42,774 nucleotides of DNA from Nitrospirota bacterium (GTDB taxonomy: Bacteria > Nitrospirota > Thermodesulfovibrionia > Thermodesulfovibrionales > SM23-35): assembly GCA_013388605.1 (NCBI GenBank), contig JACAEY010000091.1:1-42774 (forward strand), in the 5' to 3' direction. Position 1 is the stretch's first letter. Every line of letters starts with the position of its first letter. Of the stretch, positions 21,417 to 31,632 are shown in pieces. A program made the position numbers and the translations under genes. The notes below the pieces were generated by a model, which saw nothing but the letters and a program-made list of their open reading frames with translations, ran no database searches and had not been told where the DNA came from.

Positions 21417-21656
21417 ATGTATGTCGGAGAAACGATAAACGTCATCGCATCTTTTGGTCTTCCTTACAAGATAAGACCTGTAAGATTCAAGTGGTCCGGA
21501 AGGCTCTTTGATGTAAAGGAAATTACCTACACGTGGAAGACAAAAGAGGGTAAGAGGAATATCTATCACTTCTCTGTAACTGATGGAAAATCTCTATACG
21601 AATTAGTTTTCGATACGGATTCACTCATCTGGAGACTCGAAAATCTTGAGGCGTAG
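21417..21656 (+). CDS. Small beta-rich protein (DUF6504/ImuB-C-like), putative polymerase partner
   Basis: PVRFKWSGR...YELVFD....WRL; 3 bp after lexA and directly before the polymerase. Confidence 0.75.
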   Translation: MYVGETINVIASFGLPYKIRPVRFKWSGRLFDVKEITYTWKTKEGKRNIYHFSVTDGKSLYELVFDTDSLIWRLENLEA

Positions 21657-21684
21657 GTATTGAAGACTATAAAGGAAGTAGGGC

Positions 21685-22902
21685 ATGTCAAAGATAATCC
21701 TCTGTGCAGATATGGATGCATTTTTTGCCTCTGTAGAGCAGCAGACGAATCCACGTCTGAGGGGAAAACCAATAGGGGTCATTGGCTCAGGAGGAAGAAC
21801 AGTCATTACAACTGCTTCATATGAAGCAAGAAAATTCGGTATCAAAACAGGCATGAACATCTATGAGGCAAAAAAGACATTTCCCTCCTTAATCTTTGTA
21901 GTAGGAGACAATGAAAAATACACCCACACCTGTAAAGAGCTTGAAGATATATATGCTCAGTTCACCCCTGATGTAGAGATTTATTCCATTGATGAGGCAT
22001 TTCTCGATATAACAACTACCTACCACCTCTTTGGAGGTCCTGAAGCTATAGGTGTTGCTATCAAAAAAATGATAAAGGAAAGATTCGGTATAAATTGCAC
22101 AATAGGAATTGGACATAACATTCTCATTGCAAAACTTGCCAGTGACCTCTCAAAACCTGATGGACTAAGATGGATAAAACCTGAAGAGGTAGCAGATGTA
22201 TTGAAAGATCTGCCTGTAAAGGAACTATGGGGGATAGGTTCGAAGATATCAGAGAAACTTTCTATTCTGGACATAAAGACATGTGGTGAGCTCGCCAGAG
22301 CACCTGCGAGTCTTCTCAGGAACAAATTCGGTATCTATGGCGAGACACTAAAAGCAATGAGTATGGGGATATGTAACAGATCTGTTCAGATGAAACCTGA
22401 AGACGCAAAATCTATAGGCCACAGCATGACCCTACCTGAGGATATCTGGGAAAGGGAAAAGATAGAGGCTTACTTACTGATGCTCAGTGAGATGGTTGGA
22501 AGGCGGGCAAGGAAATATGGATATATGGGGAAAACAGTCTCCTTTATTATCAGGTATACTGACTTTGAAACACTCGTAAAACAGACTACCCTTTCAGATT
22601 TTACAAATAATACACATGTGATACTCCATGGGGCTTTAAAAATAATTGATAAGATAAAGTTAAAGGACAGGATAAGACTCCTCGGTGTATCCCTTTCAAG
22701 CCTTATTAAAGATCCGAAACAGATACCACTCTTGGAAGAAGAGAGAAAACGCAAATATATTCTTCAGGCTGTTGATTATATCAATGATAAATACGGCGAT
22801 TTCAAGATCACATGGGGCTCCTACATAGTACAAAAAAGGAATTCCTGCGTAATCTCTCCAGCATGGAGACCATCAGGAGTCAAAAACATAAATGTAAAAT
22901 GA
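21685..22902 (+). CDS. dinB: Y-family DNA polymerase (DinB/Pol IV-like with C-terminal extension)
   Basis: DMDAFFASVEQ, SYEARKFG, YSIDEAFLD, AKLASDLSKPDG; C-terminal QIPLL and AVDYINDKYG. Confidence 0.93.
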   Translation: MSKIILCADMDAFFASVEQQTNPRLRGKPIGVIGSGGRTVITTASYEARKFGIKTGMNIYEAKKTFPSLIFVVGDNEKYTHTCKELEDIYAQFTPDVEIYSIDEAFLDITTTYHLFGGPEAIGVAIKKMIKERFGINCTIGIGHNILIAKLASDLSKPDGLRWIKPEEVADVLKDLPVKELWGIGSKISEKLSILDIKTCGELARAPASLLRNKFGIYGETLKAMSMGICNRSVQMKPEDAKSIGHSMTLPEDIWEREKIEAYLLMLSEMVGRRARKYGYMGKTVSFIIRYTDFETLVKQTTLSDFTNNTHVILHGALKIIDKIKLKDRIRLLGVSLSSLIKDPKQIPLLEEERKRKYILQAVDYINDKYGDFKITWGSYIVQKRNSCVISPAWRPSGVKNINVK

Positions 22903-22984
22903 GGTAAGTATGAGAGAATTTTTTATATTTTGTTAAAATATAAAATAAAATATAAAAGTTTTATTTTATACATAAGGAATTTCA

Positions 22985-23593
22985 ATGGAAAATCATATAA
23001 AATGGCATAATGGGTTTGTCAACAGGGAAGATAGAAACAGATTGAATAATCACAAGAGTGGTCTTGTGTGGCTTACAGGTCTTCCATCATCTGGAAAGTC
23101 AACTATTGCACACACAGTTGAAAAAAGGCTTTTTGATAAAAGAATTAGAATATATGTACTCGATGGAGATAATATAAGACATGGATTGAATAGCAATCTT
23201 GGGTTCAGCCGTGATGATAGATATGAAAACCTCCGAAGAATCGTAGAACTCTCAAAACTAATGGTAGATGCTGGTTTAATAGTCCTTGCATCATTCGTCT
23301 CACCTTATAGAGAAGATAGAAGATATGTTAAGGAAAGATTTCACAACGATAATTTTTTAGAGATATATGTAAAATGTTCTATTGAAGAATGTGAAAAAAG
23401 AGATCCAAAAGGTAATTACAAAAAAGCAAAAGCTGGAATTATAAAGAACTATACAGGTGTTTCAGCACCCTATGAAGAACCAGAAAACCCTGATCTCATT
23501 ATAGATACAGAGGAACTTGACCTTGAAAAATCGGTGCAGAAAGTTTTGAAGTTGCTTCAGGACAAAAACTTCATATTTTTGAATGATTCATAA
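22985..23593 (+). CDS. cysC: Adenylyl-sulfate kinase
   Basis: WLTGLPSSGKST, LDGDNIRHGL, RDPKGNY, YTGVSAPYEEP. Confidence 0.96.
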   Translation: MENHIKWHNGFVNREDRNRLNNHKSGLVWLTGLPSSGKSTIAHTVEKRLFDKRIRIYVLDGDNIRHGLNSNLGFSRDDRYENLRRIVELSKLMVDAGLIVLASFVSPYREDRRYVKERFHNDNFLEIYVKCSIEECEKRDPKGNYKKAKAGIIKNYTGVSAPYEEPENPDLIIDTEELDLEKSVQKVLKLLQDKNFIFLNDS

Positions 23594-23600
23594 AAAATTT

Positions 23601-23854
23601 CATCCCTAGGTTCGATTTTTTTGCCAGAGATGTAAAGAAGATATATATCCTTTAGATGAGACAGTAGATATAACAGTAGCCCGTAGATTTAAGAAGCGAG
23701 GGATGAGTTGGTTCAAAAAGGGTGCTAATCCTCTTTTAAGGTTGAGACTCTTAAAGCTTAACAGGGAATGGGATACATACTGGCAAGAGCGTCGAAGAGA
23801 GTTCGTTAAATGTGCTGCATGAGTGTTATCACGGAAAAGGTGATACTTACCTCA
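23601..23854 (+). mobile_element. Internally deleted ISLre2/ISKra4-like transposase remnant with terminal IR
   Basis: FFCQRCKEDIYPLDE fused in frame to TVARRFKKRGMSW..GANPLLRLRLLKLNREWDTYW, stop 23820-23822; in-frame TAG at 23607; end ...GATACTTACC. Confidence 0.75.
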
Positions 23855-23908
23855 AACAGAGAAATGGTATAATTCTTAAAGAATACAACAGGTAGGAAAC
23901 ACGTAGTT

Positions 23909-25165
23909 TTGAACAAACTTATAATTCACGGTGGGAAAAGACTCAAAGGTGAGGTTGAGATAAGTGGAGCTAAGAATGCAGCACTTCCTATTATAGCAGC
24001 AACGCTCCTTACAAAAGGTTCGAGTGTTATAGTTAAAGTTCCAAATCTCAGGGATGTGATAACCATGGGGAAACTTCTTAACCATCTTGGTGCGGAGTTC
24101 TACTACGAAGACAGAAAGGCTTTTATCAATACTGAGAAGGTCAAAATATTTGAGGCGCCTTATGATTTGGTGAGAACGATGCGTGCATCGGTACTCGTTT
24201 TAGGTCCCTTGCTTGCAAAGTTCGGAAAGGCAAAGGTTTCTCTTCCAGGAGGATGTGCTATTGGCGCAAGACCCATCAACCTTCATCTGATGGGTTTAGA
24301 AAAAATGGGTGCAAAGATAGAACTTCAGTCAGGATATGTTGTTGCAAATGCAAGGAGGTTGAAAGGAACATCAATATACTTTGATATTCCTACTGTCACA
24401 GGCACCGAAAACCTTATGATGGCTGCAACACTTGCAAAAGGCACTACTCTACTCGAGAATGCTGCAAGAGAACCTGAGGTAGTAGATCTTGCAAATGCAC
24501 TTATTTCAATGGGTGCAAAAATAAGAGGTGCAGGAAATAGTATTATAGAGATTGAAGGAGTGGATGGATTAAAACCCGTGGAATATTCTGTAATTCCTGA
24601 TAGAATTGAAGCAGGAACCTTTATGACATTTGCTGGTGTTACTGGAGGTGATATTTTTATTAAGGGGTGCAGACCTGATCATCTTGATGCCCTGATTATA
24701 AAATTGAAAGAGGCAGGACTTATTTTTGAACAGAAACCAGAAGGAATAAAAGTAATTGGTCCCTCAAGACCAAAGGCTACAGATGTAAAGACAATGCCTT
24801 ATCCTGGTTTTCCGACAGACATGCAAGCCCAATTTATGACTTTAATGAGTATTGCTGAAGGAACAAGTGTGATTAAGGAGACAGTTTTTGAAAATAGATT
24901 TATGCATGTTGCAGAGCTTAGAAGGATGGGAGCTGATATTATAGTAGAAGGAAGCACTGCAACAGTAAAAGGGATTTCAAGGCTCAGGGGAGCACCATTA
25001 ATGGCAACTGATTTAAGGGCAAGTGCCTCTCTTATTGTAGCAGCTCTTGCTGCTGAAGGGGAGACCGTTATTCACAGGATTTATCATCTTGAGAGAGGAT
25101 ATGAAAGAATAGAAGAAAAGTTGCTTGGAATCGGAGCTAATATCAAAAAGGTTAAGGAGCAATAG
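23909..25165 (+). CDS. murA: UDP-N-acetylglucosamine 1-carboxyvinyltransferase
   Basis: SGAKNAALP, LPGGCAIGARP, PYPGFPTDMQAQ, ATDLRASA. Confidence 0.98.
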   Translation: MNKLIIHGGKRLKGEVEISGAKNAALPIIAATLLTKGSSVIVKVPNLRDVITMGKLLNHLGAEFYYEDRKAFINTEKVKIFEAPYDLVRTMRASVLVLGPLLAKFGKAKVSLPGGCAIGARPINLHLMGLEKMGAKIELQSGYVVANARRLKGTSIYFDIPTVTGTENLMMAATLAKGTTLLENAAREPEVVDLANALISMGAKIRGAGNSIIEIEGVDGLKPVEYSVIPDRIEAGTFMTFAGVTGGDIFIKGCRPDHLDALIIKLKEAGLIFEQKPEGIKVIGPSRPKATDVKTMPYPGFPTDMQAQFMTLMSIAEGTSVIKETVFENRFMHVAELRRMGADIIVEGSTATVKGISRLRGAPLMATDLRASASLIVAALAAEGETVIHRIYHLERGYERIEEKLLGIGANIKKVKEQ

Positions 25166-26060
25166 CAGATTTAAGCCCATATACAAGAAGTGCCATCTTT
25201 TTAAAATCAAGTGTATCCGCTTCATCTCCTGGGGTATGGTAATGGGGGTTTCTATAAAAAGCGGTATCCGTTATCATAAAAGCCCGATAGCCAAAATCCC
25301 AGAATGAAGAATGGTCAGAGAAATCTACTCCGGGGACGAGTGAGATAGTATTAAGTGACTCTACAGGCAAACTGTTTGTCTTTTGAAATGCATTTTTTAC
25401 CTTCATCGTAAATGGCTTAGATGATAGATTTCCAACAAAGGCTATAAAATCACCTTTGTCTGGATAAAACCATTTAAATATATGAAGAGGATAATATTGA
25501 CAACCTTTTTTATTGCAATAATAGCCGATCATCTCGAGTGATATCATTCCTTCGATCTTTATTTTTTCTTTCGAGAGGCTGTCAGCATAGATATAACTGC
25601 CCATATGTCGTGTTTTAAACAAAGGAGGTTCTTCAAGTGTAAAAGCCACAAAATATATAGTCTTTGAAGATGGTTCAAGTATATTAAGTCTTGCAAGTTC
25701 AAGTAGTCCTGCTACCCCACTTGCATTATCATCAGCACCCGGTGTTTTAGGTACTGTATCATAATGAGCTCCTATAACAAGGATTTCTGAGTCTTTGTGG
25801 CCTCTCAATTCTCCGATTATGTTATGATATGAGCTCCCCATGTATTTAAATGATTGCCTCTTAACATTACAGCCAATAGAAAACATTTTTTCTTCTATAT
25901 GGTCGGCAGTTCTATCAAGTTCATTTAAATCTCTATAACTTCTTGGACCTATTTCTTCTGAGAGAAAACGGACTTCTTCTTCAAGATTTACTTCAATCTC
26001 TTTTAAGATATCTATTTTGTGATTAAATTGAGAATCGAATTGCATTGTATCCTCAATCAT
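25152..26060 (-). CDS. M28 family metallopeptidase
   Basis: GAHYD, PGADDNASG, TLEEPP, LEMIGY, SDH, YH. Confidence 0.92.
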   Translation of the reverse strand: MIEDTMQFDSQFNHKIDILKEIEVNLEEEVRFLSEEIGPRSYRDLNELDRTADHIEEKMFSIGCNVKRQSFKYMGSSYHNIIGELRGHKDSEILVIGAHYDTVPKTPGADDNASGVAGLLELARLNILEPSSKTIYFVAFTLEEPPLFKTRHMGSYIYADSLSKEKIKIEGMISLEMIGYYCNKKGCQYYPLHIFKWFYPDKGDFIAFVGNLSSKPFTMKVKNAFQKTNSLPVESLNTISLVPGVDFSDHSSFWDFGYRAFMITDTAFYRNPHYHTPGDEADTLDFKKMALLVYGLKSAIAP

Positions 26061-26094
26061 GATTTTCTACTTCATTCAGGAATAGACAAGCAGG

Positions 26095-27819
26095 TTATCT
26101 TATGTATGCCTCTGTAACATACCTTCTCATCATCCTGTGGCTATTAAAATAGTATGCATTTTTCCCAATAGCATTCTGCATCATCCTTATCCAGGCAAAC
26201 CTATCATTATAAAAAAGAGGTATTATGATATATTCAAGTTTATTGTAAAGGTCATCGGCATCTCTTGTATCCATATTTTCTATAAGTTTTGTTTCTGTCG
26301 GAGGAGGACCTATAGACCAGCCAGTAAAGCCCTCTATATGCCCTTCTATCCACCAGCCATCAAGAACACTGAAGTTCAATACTCCATTATGAGCTGCCTT
26401 CATACCGCTGGTTCCTGATGCCTCCCTCGGTCTTAACGGAGTGTTAAGCCATATGTCAACACCTGAGACAAGTTTCAAAGCAATTTCCATATCATAGTTT
26501 TTCAAGTATGCCATCTTAATCTTATCCTTGAGTATCTCTTTAAAAGAAAATATAAGCTCTATCAACTTTTTCCCCTGTAAATCTTTTGGATGTGCCTTAC
26601 CTGCATAGACTATCTGGAGTTTTCCGGTTCCTATTCTCTCAAGTCTTTCGATATTGCTGAAAAGGAGGTCAAGTCTCTTATAGGCAGTTGCCCTCCTTGC
26701 AAATCCTATTGTGAGGATTTCAGGATTAAACCGGACACCTGTTTCATCTTTTATATAATCGCAGAGTTTTCTTTTTGCTTCCATGTGTGCATTCCATATC
26801 TCTTCATCAGGAATACGTCCGACCCTGACGAACAATTCCGGTTCATTTGCCCATCCAGGAAGATATTTATCATAGATTCTTTTAAAACTGTCACAGGTCC
26901 ATGTATAAGAATGAACACCATTTGTAATTGCAGCAATCTCATATCCTGGGAACATATTACGTGAGACCTCCATATGTTTCTTAGCAACTCCGTTTATATA
27001 TTCACTGAGATTAAGTCCGAGAAGGGTCATATTGAGGTACTCACTCCCCCCAAGTTCTTTCAAGACGTCAAATGGTATCAACTCTCCCATAATACTTTTT
27101 ATCAAATCATAAGGAAATTTATCATGACCTGCTTCTATAGGTGTGTGTGTTGTGAATACACAGAGGTCCTTTATTCTCTCTTTATCCCAGACAAGTTTCT
27201 CGTCCCAGACATCTTCAATAGGACGTTTATATATATTCAAAAGTTCTATCGTTAGGAGACTCGAGTGTCCTTCATTCATATGATATTTTTTAATCTCAAA
27301 ACCAAGTTCATGGAGCATTCTCACACCACCAATTCCAAGGACGATCTCCTGTTTAAGTCTGTATGCAAGGTCCCCTCCATAAAGGTAAGAGGTTATTTCC
27401 CTATCCTCATAAGTATTTTCTTCTACGTCTGTATCGAGAAATAATACAGGTATAATTCCTCCTGTAAGACTTATTACTTTATTAAGCCATGCCTTTACAG
27501 CGACATCTCTACCCTCTATCTGGACAAATATCTTTGTAGGAAGTAATGTCATGTATTGTGATGGATCCCAGTAATCAGGCAATTCTATCTGTCCTCCTTT
27601 TTTATCGAGTTCCTGTCTGAAATAACCCTTTTTACTGACGAGTGTAACAGCTATCATAGGTAATTTTAGGTCAGCACCTGACCTTATTGTGTCACCTGCA
27701 AGTACACCAAGTCCTCCGCTGTAAGTAGGGATATTATTCTGAATCCCAATCTCCATGGAAAAATAGGCAATCCTTGGTTCTTTTGTAAGTTTAAAAATCT
27801 CAGAACATATTGGTTCCAT
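26095..27819 (-). CDS. glgP: Alpha-glucan phosphorylase
   Basis: YSGGLGVLAGD, HMNEGH, ITNGVH, ARRATAYKR, EASGTSGMKA. Confidence 0.95.
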   Translation of the reverse strand: MEPICSEIFKLTKEPRIAYFSMEIGIQNNIPTYSGGLGVLAGDTIRSGADLKLPMIAVTLVSKKGYFRQELDKKGGQIELPDYWDPSQYMTLLPTKIFVQIEGRDVAVKAWLNKVISLTGGIIPVLFLDTDVEENTYEDREITSYLYGGDLAYRLKQEIVLGIGGVRMLHELGFEIKKYHMNEGHSSLLTIELLNIYKRPIEDVWDEKLVWDKERIKDLCVFTTHTPIEAGHDKFPYDLIKSIMGELIPFDVLKELGGSEYLNMTLLGLNLSEYINGVAKKHMEVSRNMFPGYEIAAITNGVHSYTWTCDSFKRIYDKYLPGWANEPELFVRVGRIPDEEIWNAHMEAKRKLCDYIKDETGVRFNPEILTIGFARRATAYKRLDLLFSNIERLERIGTGKLQIVYAGKAHPKDLQGKKLIELIFSFKEILKDKIKMAYLKNYDMEIALKLVSGVDIWLNTPLRPREASGTSGMKAAHNGVLNFSVLDGWWIEGHIEGFTGWSIGPPPTETKLIENMDTRDADDLYNKLEYIIIPLFYNDRFAWIRMMQNAIGKNAYYFNSHRMMRRYVTEAYIR

Positions 27820-27906
27820 AAATAACTATTTTAACTTAAATCGAGATGGTAGCAACAAATTTTTTAATGTTACTCATATTCCCCTGAATGAGGTATAATA
27901 TGAACC

Positions 27907-28728
27907 GTGATAAGGAATACCTTCATAATTCTTGAGGGTATAGGCAACAAGTTGGAAAAAAGGTTGTGGAGAGAAGGTATTCTCACTTGGAACCATTTCC
28001 TTGATTCAAACCACCTCACTTTTATAAGTCCTCAGAGAAAAGGAGTTTTTGATAGGATATTATTTTCAGCCTATACAGAACTTAATGAAGGGAACTCAAC
28101 CTATTTTGTTAATACTCTTAAAAGGAATGAACACTGGAGGCTTTATGATGTATTCAAAGGTAATGCTGTATGTCTCGATATAGAGACAAATGGTCTTCCT
28201 CCTGAAAGAGGTGGTTATGTTACAGTTGTTGGTATGTATGATGGAAACACATATAGATGTTTTATAAGAGGTGAAAACCTCAATGTAGGTGCAATAAATA
28301 AAGAGCTATCAAAATATAAATATTTGATTACCTTTTATGGCTCTGTTTTTGATTTACCTTTTCTTAAGACTTGCTTCCGGAATTTAATGATTGATATACC
28401 ACATTTTGATCTTTGTTTTGGAGCAAGGAGAACAGGTTTAAAAGGTGGCTTAAAAAAACTTGAGCAACACTTTGATATACAAAGAGAAGATAAGGTTAAC
28501 GGAATGGACGGTTATGATGCTGTTCTTTTATGGCAGGAGGCAGAAAAAGGAAACAGTAAAGCACTTGATTTGCTAATTCTTTACAATAAAGAAGATACAG
28601 TGAATCTTTTCAGAATTGCAGAAAGTATTTACACAAGGCTCAAGAAGCTAACAGGAATAGAGGCGTATGAAAAAATTTGCTATAACGATGGGAGACCCCG
28701 GGGGGGTTGGACCAGAGATAATTGTTAA
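27907..28728 (+). CDS. YprB-like RNase H-fold exonuclease
   Basis: CLDIETNG, TFYGSVFDLPFL, GGLKKLE, YNKEDTVNL. Confidence 0.88.
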   Translation: MIRNTFIILEGIGNKLEKRLWREGILTWNHFLDSNHLTFISPQRKGVFDRILFSAYTELNEGNSTYFVNTLKRNEHWRLYDVFKGNAVCLDIETNGLPPERGGYVTVVGMYDGNTYRCFIRGENLNVGAINKELSKYKYLITFYGSVFDLPFLKTCFRNLMIDIPHFDLCFGARRTGLKGGLKKLEQHFDIQREDKVNGMDGYDAVLLWQEAEKGNSKALDLLILYNKEDTVNLFRIAESIYTRLKKLTGIEAYEKICYNDGRPRGGWTRDNC

Positions 28729-29665
28729 AGCCCTCAACTCTTTTTTAGATAAAGAGTTCAATTCTTCGATTGTTGTCGTTGGAGACAGTATCTTTCTTGA
28801 AGAGTCCATGCAGTTTCTTAAAAGACCTTTAAATTTTGAGATTTTTAAATCATCAGAAAGACCTGATTTAAACTCTGATAGTAAAACCGTCAAATTGATT
28901 GATGTTGGGGTGATTAAAAAATTCAAAAAGTCTGCATTGGGCAAACCTACTGTGGAGGGGGGTAAAGCGTCTGTTTTTTATATCAAGAAGGCTGTAGAGC
29001 TGGCATTAAAAAGAATGGTTGATGGTATTATCACAGCACCTATATCAAAGAAATCATGGAAGATGGCAGGTTTTAAATGGCCTGGGCATACTGAAATGCT
29101 TGTTGAATTAACACGTACAAAAGAATATGCCATGATGCTTGTAAGCGATTCTATTAAGATTATTCTTGTCACAATCCATTCGCCATTAAAAAAAGTTCCT
29201 TCATTAATTAAAAAAGACAGGATTTTGAGAACTATTCGTCTTTCAAAGAAGGCATCTTACATGCTCGGGATTGAGAAGCCTAAAATTGCAGTTGCAGGAC
29301 TTAACCCACATGCAGGGGAGGAGGGATTATTTGGCGATGAAGAGATAAAGGAGATAATCCCATCTGTTAAGAAGGCACAGAAAGAAGGTATTCCTGTGTC
29401 AGGTCCTTATCCACCTGATTCTCTTTTCCATAAGGCATATAATGGTGAATTTGATATAGTTGTATGTATGTATCATGACCAAGGCTTGATTCCTTTAAAG
29501 ATGGTTTCTTTTGACAGAGGTGTGAATGTAACAGTAGGACTCCCATTTGTCCGAACATCTCCGGATCATGGAACGGCATATGATATTGCGTGGAAAGGGA
29601 TTGCAGATCCATCGAGCATGATAGAGGCAATAAAATTGGCATCAATTATTAAGGTTCATAATTGA
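28667..29665 (+). CDS. pdxA: 4-hydroxythreonine-4-phosphate dehydrogenase
   Basis: TMGDPGGVGPE, GHTE, GLNPHAGE, MYHDQGLIP, RTSPDHGTA. Confidence 0.96.
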   Translation: MKKFAITMGDPGGVGPEIIVKALNSFLDKEFNSSIVVVGDSIFLEESMQFLKRPLNFEIFKSSERPDLNSDSKTVKLIDVGVIKKFKKSALGKPTVEGGKASVFYIKKAVELALKRMVDGIITAPISKKSWKMAGFKWPGHTEMLVELTRTKEYAMMLVSDSIKIILVTIHSPLKKVPSLIKKDRILRTIRLSKKASYMLGIEKPKIAVAGLNPHAGEEGLFGDEEIKEIIPSVKKAQKEGIPVSGPYPPDSLFHKAYNGEFDIVVCMYHDQGLIPLKMVSFDRGVNVTVGLPFVRTSPDHGTAYDIAWKGIADPSSMIEAIKLASIIKVHN

Positions 29666-29758
29666 CATAAAAATTTTATTGCGTTACCCTATAAAAAGTT
29701 TAGGGCGGCATAGATTAGGAAACATGAGTCTTCAACTCGTTGAAGCCTTTTATCATAT

Positions 29759-30343
29759 ATGAGAGAAAAAGTACTTAAGGCATTTGAGGAAAGTATAGAG
29801 GTAAAAAAGAAATTTGCAGAAGGCAATGTTGATGCTATTATTGAAGCTGCTAAAGTTATTGCTGATGCCTTTAATAAAGGCAAAAAGTTGATTCTTTTTG
29901 GTAATGGAGGTAGCGCAGCCGATGCATCCCACATCGCAGCAGAATTTGTTAATAAATTTCAGAAAGAGCGTCCAAGTCTTCCAGCAATATCACTCAATAC
30001 AGATATGGCAGTGATCACATCTATTGCAAATGATTATGACTTTTCTGAAGTCTTTGCCAAGCAACTAAAATCGCTTTCAAATGAAGGAGATGTTGTTATT
30101 GCGATCAGTACGAGTGGGAATTCTCCTAATGTGTTGAAGGCAATGGATGTTGCAAAAAGGAAGAGATTGACAACCATTGCATTTACCGGATTAAAAGGGG
30201 ACAAGCTTGCATCAAAAGCCAATTTTTCATTTATTGTTCCGTCTGATAAAACCCCGCATATTCAGGAGACACATATAACTCTCGGTCATATCCTCTGCCG
30301 AATGGTGGAGGAAATAATTTTTGAAGTACCAAGGAAAAAATAG
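29759..30343 (+). CDS. gmhA: Phosphoheptose isomerase
   Basis: GNGGSAADASH, ANDYDF, ISTSGNS, IQETH. Confidence 0.95.
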   Translation: MREKVLKAFEESIEVKKKFAEGNVDAIIEAAKVIADAFNKGKKLILFGNGGSAADASHIAAEFVNKFQKERPSLPAISLNTDMAVITSIANDYDFSEVFAKQLKSLSNEGDVVIAISTSGNSPNVLKAMDVAKRKRLTTIAFTGLKGDKLASKANFSFIVPSDKTPHIQETHITLGHILCRMVEEIIFEVPRKK

Positions 30344-30983
30344 TATCCTTTCTAAAAGTAAGGCACCTGTCCTATGTGGTGAAGTTCGCATTCTCGGCAT
30401 AGACCCTGGAAGTATCACAGGTTATGGAATTATAGATACAAATTTTAATCAAAAACAAACTATTATTAAGACATCTGGATTAAAAGGTATACAAAACTCT
30501 AATAAGCTACAGCGTATGCCTAATGATTGTATTTATGTTGCATCTGGAAGTATAGACTTGTCTTTCAAGAAACCATTCCACTTGAGGTTAAAAAATCTTT
30601 ATAATTCACTTATAGATATCATTAAAGAGTATAGTCCTCATGAAGTTGTAGTGGAAAAGGTCTTTTTTTCTAAGAGTGTAAAATCAGCCTTGAATCTTGG
30701 ACAGATAAGAGGCGTAGTATTGCTTGCTGCTTCATCACAGAATCTCAATATATATGAATATAGTGCACTTGAGGTTAAAAAGGCTATCACGGGTTATGGA
30801 AGGGCTGAAAAAAGACAGGTTCAGGAGATGGTTAAGAGGATTTTGTTTCCCAATTTTAACACACATGTATTGAGTTTTGTTTTAAATGAAGATGCCTCTG
30901 ATGCCCTTGCCCTTACTATATGCCATATGAATACTATTAGATTAGAAAAAGCCTATAAGATGGCAAGCATGCAATATAAGTGA
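30321..30983 (+). CDS. ruvC: Holliday junction resolvase RuvC
   Basis: ILGIDPG, VVEKVF, LGQIRG, VKKAITGYGRAEK, DASDAL; TTG start with GGAGGA SD. Confidence 0.93.
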   Translation: MKYQGKNSILSKSKAPVLCGEVRILGIDPGSITGYGIIDTNFNQKQTIIKTSGLKGIQNSNKLQRMPNDCIYVASGSIDLSFKKPFHLRLKNLYNSLIDIIKEYSPHEVVVEKVFFSKSVKSALNLGQIRGVVLLAASSQNLNIYEYSALEVKKAITGYGRAEKRQVQEMVKRILFPNFNTHVLSFVLNEDASDALALTICHMNTIRLEKAYKMASMQYK

Positions 30984-31031
30984 ATTAGAGATTAGTGAAG
31001 TGTGTCTAAATCACTCTATTGAGATGGGTTT

Positions 31032-31616
31032 ATGATCGGCTCATTGAGAGGAAAAATTATATTAAAAAAGCCTGATTCGGTGATTATCGAGGTTAATGGT
31101 GTAGGTTATCAGGTAAATGTTCCTTTCAGTATTCTTTCGAACCTTCCAGAAGAAGGTAAGGAAGTTTTCCTATATGTCTATACTCATATACGTGAAGATG
31201 TTCTCCAGCTTTATGGTTTTACAACCGAAGATGAGAAAAAGGTCTTCCTAACCCTTCTTGGCATTACAGGTATCGGACCTAAGATGGCTCTTAATATACT
31301 TTCGGGAATTTCTCACAATGACCTCCTTCATGCGATAGAGGAAGAAGATCTTGCAATGTTGTGCAGGATCCCAGGTCTTGGCAAGAAAACTGCCCATAGG
31401 TTGATTCTTGAACTTAGGGAAAAGCTCCCTGCAAGGATTATGAAAGACAGGGTGTTTGAAGATGCACTATCGGCTCTTATAAATCTTGGATATAAAAAAT
31501 CGATTGCTCAGGAGTCCCTTGAGAAAGCATATAGAAATCTGGAAGCAGGTGGACACAATGATATTGAGAAACTACTTAAGGAGTCATTAAAATATTTAAC
31601 AATCGATCAAGATTGA
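31032..31616 (+). CDS. ruvA: Holliday junction branch migration protein RuvA
   Basis: MIGSLRG, GVGYQV, REDVLQLYGF, GIGPKMA, IPGLGKKTA. Confidence 0.97.
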   Translation: MIGSLRGKIILKKPDSVIIEVNGVGYQVNVPFSILSNLPEEGKEVFLYVYTHIREDVLQLYGFTTEDEKKVFLTLLGITGIGPKMALNILSGISHNDLLHAIEEEDLAMLCRIPGLGKKTAHRLILELREKLPARIMKDRVFEDALSALINLGYKKSIAQESLEKAYRNLEAGGHNDIEKLLKESLKYLTIDQD

Positions 31617-31632
31617 TAGGATATCAGACATG

